This document shows, in pieces, positions 54,088 to 64,000 of a DNA stretch of 64,000 nucleotides. The notes under the pieces were generated by a model, which was given only the letters and a program-made list of their open reading frames with translations, was not told where the DNA came from and ran no database searches. Position 1 is the stretch's first letter. Every line of letters begins with the position of its first letter. The DNA comes from Eledone cirrhosa (Eukaryota). Made by a program: the position numbers and the translations under genes. The stretch spans positions 282,906,001 through 282,970,000 of the forward strand of contig OZ024740.1 of NCBI GenBank assembly GCA_964016885.1, written 5' to 3'.

Positions 54088-54175
<88 letters not shown>
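53280..54175. repeat. (TA)n/(CA)n/(GA)n microsatellite cluster
   Basis: Direct reading. Confidence 0.85.
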
Positions 54176-54178
<3 letters not shown>

Positions 54179-54181
54179 GAT

Positions 54182-54230
54182 ATTCTACAGGACTAGAACT
54201 GTTTCATTCTTTAGAAATCATCAGGAATCT
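54182..54230 (-). ncRNA. Type I hammerhead ribozyme motif
   Basis: Minus strand: AGATTC-CTGATGA-T-TTCT(AA)AGAA-T-GAAA-CAG..CTG-TA-GAAT. Confidence 0.78.
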
Positions 54231-54442
54231 GGCTTTCCATAATAGATGTTATGGTATTTATATCTTTTCAGGTGGTCGGAGAGGGTGGGCAGTGGGATGG
54301 GTGGAGGTCATTGGTTGAAAGTAAAGGGAATTCATTAAAAGCTAATTCTTTAAGGCTATAATTTATATTTAGAGTATATGTGTATATATATGTGTATTTC
54401 TGTAGATGTGTTTGTATATGTTTGTATATGTGTATATTTATT

Positions 54443-54484
<42 letters not shown>

Positions 54485-54519
54485 TATTGAAGTTTGCTTG
54501 AAGCATTGTGGAATAATAA

Positions 54520-56550
<2,031 letters not shown>

Positions 56551-56686
56551 AGAAAGTGACGTTTTTTTTACAAAATGAAAAATAACCGAGGTGTCCTACA
56601 CGAGTGAAAGTATAAAGAAAAAGAGATGAAATCGAAAATGTAACTGGAGTCTTATTTTTAAAAAAAATATATATATTTATTTGGTT

Positions 56687-56724
56687 CCTTTACCGGTTTC
56701 GCAGTTCTTCTGCTTTTCAAAAGG
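56687..56724 (-). ncRNA. Minimal hammerhead, U3-A8 core variant (left palindrome arm)
   Basis: Reverse complement of 56797-56834. Confidence 0.72.
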
Positions 56725-56796
56725 TGAGTTGAGATGGAGGGTCTGTGGTTTTTCTCACATCTGTGAGAAAAACCACAGACCCTCCATCTCAACTCA

Positions 56797-56834
56797 CCTT
56801 TTGAAAAGCAGAAGAACTGCGAAACCGGTAAAGG
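56797..56834 (+). ncRNA. Minimal hammerhead, U3-A8 core variant
   Basis: CCTT-TTGAAAA-GCAG(AAGAA)CTGC-GAAAC-CG-GTA-AAGG. Confidence 0.75.
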
Positions 56835-56903
56835 AACCAAATAAATATATATATTTAAAAAAAAAATAAGAATCCAGTTGCATTTTCGATTTCATCTATT
56901 TTT

Positions 56904-56989
<86 letters not shown>

Positions 56990-57825
56990 TATTGAAGTTT
57001 CCATTGAAAATTGAAAAAGTAATAGGAGTGAAGAGTGCTCTATGTAAGTACCAGAGCTAAATTTAATGTATAATAAACAATACAATATAATTACCTCATT
57101 ACCAGAGGTTTCCCGATAAGACGAATACAAAAAACCTCCTCATTCGTTCATCGGACAAGGCAATTTAAAACATAGTGAAATATTTGAAAACCTCCCCAAG
57201 AAAGGCAATAGTTTAACGGGCAAAAAAATATATAAATAAAAATAATGCAAGAGATATATTAAAAAATAAGGAAATATAGTTAGGGTATGTGTATAAATAA
57301 GTGTATATTCACTCACAAATGTACATATGTGTCTATGTACAAATGCATGTGTATAGTGAAAATGTGTGCGTAAGTACATATATGAGGGCAAGCATATCAG
57401 TTTATGTGTGACCACAAATACGTATATAATATATGTTGAAAAAGAAATTGTAAGATAATATAGTTAACATACATCCAGATTCAGGTATTAAGGAATGAAA
57501 TATATACACATACAAGTATGAAAGCATGCGTATAAACACACACACGCGCGCGATCACATATATGCGAATGATATACAGGGAAGGGAGTGTATTAATCAGA
57601 GGAGTGTCAGTCTGAGGCTCGATACATGTATAAAAATGAAACAATCTGAACTTGTTTATAGAATTATTTCTGCCTTTGTCACTCTAAATATAAATTATAG
57701 CCTTAAAGAATTAGCTTTTAATGAATTCCCTTTTCTTTCAACCAATGACCTCCACCCATCCCACTCCCCACACTCTCCTACCACCTGAAAAGATATAAAT
57801 ACCACAACATTTATTTTTGAAAGCC

Positions 57826-57876
57826 AGATTCCTGATGATATCTAAAGAATGAAACAGTTCTAGTCCTGTAGAATCT
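57826..57876 (+). ncRNA. Type I hammerhead ribozyme motif
   Basis: AGATTC-CTGATGA-TATCTAAAGAAT-GAAA-CAG(TTCTAGTC)CTG-TA-GAATCT; predicted cut after A57870. Confidence 0.78.
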
Positions 57877-57961
57877 CATCTATATTAAAACTTTTATACT
57901 CTGCTATGTATTGAGTACCTTACTTACTGTGGTTACCTCCGATTCAACCCGGAATAACTTA

Positions 57962-58252
<291 letters not shown>

Positions 58253-58679
58253 GCACAATGGTGATAGGAACGAAGCAAATCTCGTGATTCCTTCATGCAC
58301 ACGTATAGGAACAATTCATATCTCAGATGTTTAATATCAATGATAAAAGAAGAATTACCTAATAAATTATAAGTAAATATATAACTGAATTCTTTTAAAA
58401 TTTGCCTGAAAAACAAAATAAATTGGTCGACGGTTCTATTGGAGAAATAGAAGATACCATTATCGGTTATTTTTCGTAATTTAGAAAAATACTTATTACT
58501 ATCTACATTTTTACTACTTCGATATCGATAATTACTATCTTTCAACTTGATAAATCTACTGAATGAAACAAATGAATAAGCATGAACGTTAAGTACGTTT
58601 GAAGAGTTTGATATCGAAATAGCATTAGAACATAGGAAACCATTGCAACCCTCCCTTTATATTTAAGAATATATCGCAG

Positions 58680-58860
58680 TATCATTACATGGAGACTTCT
58701 GGTGTCCTTGGTCCTAGGGCTACCTTCATACTCACGACCATATGCGCTAAGCTGGCCAGCCGCAAGTGTGAACCTCGTGAGTTGGAATGGTTCTTCCAGT
58801 GTATCTTTCTTACCTTATTCCTGGGAAATGCCTTCTCCATCCTGTCCGCCGGGGCTGTGG
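58680..58860 (+). mobile_element. CRE-clade non-LTR retrotransposon 3' remnant (C-terminus of restriction-like endonuclease)
   Basis: METSGVLGPRATFIL....AKLA....EPRELEWFFQCIFLTLFLGNAFSIL resembles the ETxGxxGPxA...QRISxAIQRGNAxxxL motif. Confidence 0.65.
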
Positions 58861-59285
58861 GGAGGCCAGCACCTGGGACCCCATTTGCTCACCATACAGA
58901 GAGATGGGGAGGGTGAGAGAGATGGAGGCGATGACAGTGGGAGTGCAGCTCTTCCACGTTCGGACCATATCCTCGTGGTTGTGTTCATTATCCATAGAGT
59001 TCCTTCTCCGGAATCACCCTAGTAAAGAGGCATTGTTTATGTTCCCATTTTATATTTTGTCATATTTACTTTAAAATATGTTTAGTAATAATTAAAATAG
59101 CGCGTTACCGGAAGATACGCATAGACTTAATTTGACTCCATATATTCCAGGACTCAGGGTTAAAATTGTCATTTTATTGGAACGGTATATTAAATATATT
59201 AGCAGTTACTGATGTTAGCAACCAAATTACTTATTGAGCTATAAAGAGTCAACACGCATTTTAAACAATGTAGTCTTATATTATT

Positions 59286-59457
59286 GGTGGTGGATTGGCA
59301 GTATCGGTAGAGGGTCGGACGCCATGCTTTGCAATACAGTTACGTCCCTTTACGGACTGAGTTCAAAACCAGCCGAGGTTAAGTTTGCCTTTCATCCTTA
59401 CAGGGTCGATAAAATAAAGTACCAGTAATGTACTGGGTAATTACTGGCCTTGTGCCC
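59286..59457 (+). mobile_element. Type 3 SINE
   Basis: Reverse complement of the 36233 copy, with the same internal deletion. Confidence 0.85.
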
Positions 59458-60005
59458 AAAGTAGAAACAATTATTTTAAAATAGCTTATTAATATTAAGT
59501 CATTCAAGTTTTAGATGTAACTTTAAATTTCAATAATTGATTATTTTATCCGTATAAAATTATGTTATATTAATAAACTATTTGTCAATCTTAAGAAAAT
59601 TAAACAGATTCGTGTTCTAAAGAGAAACATTAATTCATATAGAATTTAAGCTAGGGAAGTCAAATGTAATGAGTATGACTTACTATATTTATATCATGAT
59701 AAAGATTTGTTTTAATGACAAAATCATCTACATTTTTCCTGCAAAGTGAGTTAAAAATTATCGAAATCGACTTAAATATATTACTGGGTATATAATTCAG
59801 TTTTGACTCCAATAGCTAAGTTTGATTTCTTCGAAGCAAGGAAACACTTTTTCCACTAGATTTATCTGTAATAGAATATTTAATACAATCACTATAAGAC
59901 TGTCCTACAATATTTAACTTAATATAGTTGAAATGATTGCATCTTAAAATCTAGCTAAATTAAGGGATGACATTCAAATTTGGACCTAATTGACCCTGCA
60001 GTGGT

Positions 60006-60612
60006 ACAGTAGAATCTCGCAGTACGAGTGCCTCATTGTACGAATAATTTGCTGCATGAGCCGAGACTCGTGCTAAATTTTATCTTGTGGTGCGAGTGGA
60101 AATCCGCAGTTCGAGCGAGTTTCATACAATTAATGATTTCTAGTATAGGTACAAGGCCAGTAATTTAGGGGGACGGGAAAGTTGATTAAATCGACCCCTG
60201 TACGTTACTAGTACTTTATTTTATTGACCCCGTAAGGATGAAAGGCAAAATTAACCTGAGCGGGATTTGAACTCAGACCGTAAAGGACGGTAACTCTATG
60301 CTGCAAAGCATGTTGTCCGACGCTCTACCAATTCTCCCAATCAACCACCCTCGAGTTTCATAAAATTAATAAAAACAGTTTACATATTTTTTTTTTTTTT
60401 GCATTCTCTTTTATAATTAACATTTTCCTTGTAACTGCACCATTTCTATTGTTTTTTTTTTAGAGCCATGAAAAATGATTTTTTGGTGTTTTGGGGCGGT
60501 TGGAACTGATTGTTTATATTTTAATTAATTTCAATGGGGAAAATTGATTTGTAAAGCAAGTAAAACGTAGAAAGAGCTCGGTCATAGAACGAATTAAACT
60601 CGTATAATTGAC
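60006..60612. mobile_element. Tigger/pogo-like MITE remnant interrupted by a SINE
   Basis: TA-CAGTAGAATCTCG start with repeated TACGAG/CTCGTA motifs; decayed right end. Confidence 0.5.
60135..60351 (-). mobile_element. Full-length type 3 SINE with TSD
   Basis: 19-bp TSD CGAGTTTCATA(C/A)AATTAAT at 60116-60134 and 60352-60370. Confidence 0.9.
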
Positions 60613-61482
60613 CACATAATTTTAACTGTTTATCTAAGAAGATAAACTATAAATATCTACTGAAGTATATAAAAGACTCATTGCAACTGCTTTTAAGCCT
60701 CTTCATTACCAGGATAATCATATGCTTAAAAATCCAGCTTGATGATCGCTACATTCTCTCCAGGATATTTATTTTCATTTCAAGGCAGCAGCATTCATTA
60801 ATATTGACAATGTAAGATTGCTAATACATGGACAAGGAGTAACACAGAAGTTGTGGAAATTTTATTCACTAAGAAATTTTGCTGAAAAAATTTTGAAAGA
60901 GTAACGTCCTATAAACAGAATAAAAAAAAAGACTTCTAAATTATCAGCCGGTACGTTTCCTGGAAATGAGTTCTGTGAACCGCTTCAAAAGTGTGTAAAG
61001 TTTTCCAATATCCTTTTATGGTTTATTTTTAATCCTTTGACATAACAAAGGAGTTGCACAGCATAGAGAGAGTAAAAGATAGAGAGAGAGAGTCAGAAGA
61101 GGAGAGAGAGAGGAGAGAGAGATAGTGAGTAGGAGAGAGAAGGAGATATATATAGAGAGAGATGTGTATATATGTATATATATATATGTATGTATGGTTT
61201 TATATATGTATGTGTGCACGTATGTATATATTTGTGCATGTATATATATATATTTATTTAATATAGTATTTACGTATCGAGAAAGAGAAAAAAAGGGGGG
61301 ATAGGTGATACATATAGTTATTTGCCAAGTAGCGTATGCCAAAGGTGCTCGATACTAGTGCCGGCAGTATTAAATATTCGAAGTGTTAATATTTAGTGGG
61401 CTAGAGAGTTAGCAGAGCGTAAACACGTGGGAAAGTAAAAAATCGGAGAATAGGCCGTTAAAACATGTTTATTTAAAATATC

Positions 61483-61519
61483 ACCTACGTACGTTTCGCC
61501 CAGTTGGGCTTCTCAAGGT
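61483..61519 (-). ncRNA. Minimal hammerhead, U3-A8 core variant, in the PLE 3' region
   Basis: Minus strand: ACC-TTGAGAA-GCCC(AACT)GGGC-GAAAC-GTAC-GTA-GGT; same strand as, and ~300 nt downstream of, the PLE ORF. Confidence 0.8.
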
Positions 61520-61813
61520 CATAAATAATCACAAGTGTTCCTTATATTGCTCGGAAAGGGTTTTGGGGGTTAAATCCACATCAAGGTTCTTTGCTCGCAA
61601 AAATATCTTCTTTTGATTTTGCAGCAGGTCAAGGGAGGTAACTCTGGCCGGTGTTAGGGCAGTCTTTCCCGGACAATTTTTTTTTTTTTTCTCTGCCGCA
61701 TCCGTTTGTCTGAGGCTGGGTCTGGTATGCAAGGATTGTTTCCTTGGTGTTATTTTGCAGCGCCTGCCCGCCGGGGTGTTAAGACTTGTTGCAGGGAGAT
61801 CCAGTGTACTATT

Positions 61814-63834
61814 TCACTCTTCATCCTTAACCCATCTGAAGAAGGATATTTTTAAGTGATGTGTACAACTTTTCGCTCTTTCAGCTCTGCTGTTGATGAG
61901 CTCGTGGGGTGCAGTTATGATGTGGTAGAGCTCCATGAGGCAAAGATCGCATTTCCTCTTGAAGTTGTACGGTGCAGCCCTGCCGACAATCTCCCAGTGC
62001 GTGGAGAAGCTGATGTTTAAGTCCTTTAGTGATGTAATGTAGTCCGCGAGCGAAGTGGGGTGCCTTAGTTTTCTATTTGTGAAAGAGTGGAGATGTGTTC
62101 GAAACCTAATTTTGAACGGGCCGGAGGTGGCCCCTATATATTGTTTAACGCTATTGTGGCTAGTAATAGTGCATCTATATATAACCCTATCAGTCAAGCA
62201 GTATCCTCTAAGGGGGCAGCGTCGTCTGTCGCGGCAGTTGCAATTTCTGTCGCGGTTCCGTCTATTTCCCACGGTAAGGCTATCATTGTTGCTGCCTACG
62301 TTGTTACCTACGCTACCGCAGCTGTCGTTAGCACAATTACAACCCACAGCACGCGGGGTGGTGCGATTGTTATTCCGCACGTCATGTTCTGCATGTTCCC
62401 CAGTCATTTCGCGGTTATTCTGGTTGCGACTGCGGATGCCGTTGCCAACACTATTGGATGCTGCCAGGGAGTTGTTAAGGCCGATATAGTTATTGTCAGG
62501 TGTAGTTGCGTCTGTGTCGAGGTGCTGTGTCTTGGTGATCTTACTGTGGTTCGTTGTTCCTATGATGTCTGCTACGTTAGGAGTAGTAGAGAAGGATATT
62601 TTTATATTGTTCCTATTAAGGATTTTTCTATACCTATGGTTGGGCGGGAAGTTCTTCTCTAAGGCTTCGAAGAACATCCGGGGTATGTTGGAGGCCACAC
62701 TCCGAGAGTAGGGGGGTGGGGTGGAACCATAGGACGTTACGGTGGCGATTACGTGTCCTTGTACTTTTGCTACGGGTGGTTTCATCTAAGTGACCGCTCT
62801 TATGTGTGTTAATGCGCAGTCGCCCGTTCGGTGCCCCTTTCACTTTATGCTCGGGTGCACTCTTTCTACCTCTTCCATGTTTATGTACACGAAGATGTTG
62901 GTTGGAAGGCGTTGGTAGTAGGCCGTCGCCTTTGTTGGTTTTGTAATAGGGGAATAGTTTGAGTAATCTACAGTGTTCACCGTCGCCGTGGACGTGATCT
63001 TTGATGTGGTTATCTATTCTATTATATCCGACTTTAACGAGGTCGCCGCGTGATCGGTTATAGGTATGGCTTACTATAACATTAATTTTATGAGGGGGGT
63101 GGTTTCTAGAGCTAGCGTTAGGGGTGCAGGAAATTCCTCGGTTAAAGCCGGCGCTTATCAGGGCCCTATTGTAGTAATCTGCCGCTTGGTTGAAGATATC
63201 CTCATTGGCGGATAGACTCGAGATTCTATGTGAGATACTATAGACTATGGAGTTGAGAGTCTGCTTAGGGTGGTTGGAGGCATAATTAATATAAGAGAGG
63301 CACTCTCCAGGCTTATGGTATGGCTTGTATAAGCCCGTACTCAACTCCAGGGTCACGTCCAGGAAGTTGACAACCCTGTGGTTGAGGTCCATAGTTACGG
63401 ATAGGCCGTATGACTTAAAGAACCTGTGTATATGTTTGTTAAGGTTCTCTATCCTACGGGGGCTATGGTTTCTAACGGTAAACAGGGCGTCGTCCCTATA
63501 TACACCTCCTTGTAGGGCCGGTATTTCTTCCCTAAGATTATGTAGGAGGTATATTCCGACCAGGTCAGTTGCTTGCGCTGAGTCACTGGACCCCATCGTG
63601 ACATCGAAGTTATCAGGACGGTTGGTTCTGGTCCAGTGGGAGTCTTAGAACTGGATAATGGTTCTACGTGCCGCTAGAATTATGTCTATTTCTTTTTTAG
63701 TGAGGCTAGTGTTAGATCTAGCTAAGATAAGTGCCTTATTTAAGAGTATGGGGGAGATAGAGGCGTAGTAACTATCTATATCAAACTGGATGAATTTCCG
63801 GGTGGCTTTATCCGGCAACTCGGTGAACCAATTA
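61814..63834 (-). pseudogene. Penelope-like element ORF (RT plus C-terminal GIY-YIG), 5'-truncated, with one stop and one frameshift; resembles Hydra-group PLEs
   Basis: RT motifs KFIQFDIDSYYASIS, TMGSSDSAQATDLVG, VYRDDAL, VNFLDVTL, YINYASNHP. Linker PPYSRSVASNI...KILNRNNIKISFS. Endonuclease CNCR...CPL.GYCL...VIYRCTI...YIGAT...FKIRF..H...CDLCLME...IN. Confidence 0.92.
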
Positions 63835-64000
63835 CGTAGAACCATTATCCAGTTCGAAAGCTCCCACTGGACCAGAACCAACCGTCCTGATAACTTCGAT
63901 GTCACGATGGGGTCCAGTGACTCAGCGCAAGAAACTGGCCTGGTCGGAATATACCTCCTACATAAGCTTAGGGAAGAAATACCGGCCCTACAAGGAGGTG
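63834..64000 (+). mobile_element. Inverted second copy of the PLE RT region (continues beyond the window)
   Basis: Reverse complement of ~63503-63669; reads TTC GAA AGC where the left copy has TTC TAA GAC. Confidence 0.9.

Larger units (their letters stand above)
56611..56910. repeat. ~300-bp near-perfect palindrome (2-nt loop at 56760-56761) between (TA)n tracts
   Basis: Arms are exact reverse complements over the central ~200 bp; near-identical ORFs on both strands. Confidence 0.95.

Noticed and set aside
57085-57160. Minus-strand GAAAC-CTC..GAG-GTA with an upstream hairpin
   Set aside because: No recognisable CUGANGA strand or stem I
62055-63648. + strand ORFs over the PLE
   Set aside because: Antisense shadows of the RT/GIY-YIG frame

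Overview
Gene-free, repeat-saturated eukaryotic DNA. The SINE families and the abundance of (TA)n/(CA)n suggest an octopus/cephalopod genome (inference). Bases 1-18490 are a G-rich 40-bp satellite with a ~6040-bp higher-order period, followed by a GGT-rich minisatellite. The remaining 43 kb holds microsatellites, tRNA-type SINEs, decayed Tx1/L1, RTE and CRE LINE fragments, hAT/mariner/Tigger-type DNA elements and Penelope-like elements (PLEs; RT plus GIY-YIG). Nearly all ORFs in the supplied track are microsatellite artefacts. The main signal is RNA structure. I can fold by eye nine type-I hammerhead ribozyme motifs, three of them with a compensatory U3-A8 core, plus several half-hammerheads at fold-back junctions. 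There are also five copies, in two diverged but homologous non-coding tandem elements, of a ~102-nt motif that has every hammerhead catalytic nucleotide but in a non-circular order (UH, then GAAA, then CUGAUGA). It is held together by six helices, four of which show compensatory changes, and two pseudoknots. This is a candidate undescribed hammerhead topology carried by retrozyme/pLTR-like units of 569 and 706 bp. All folds are manual and untested.
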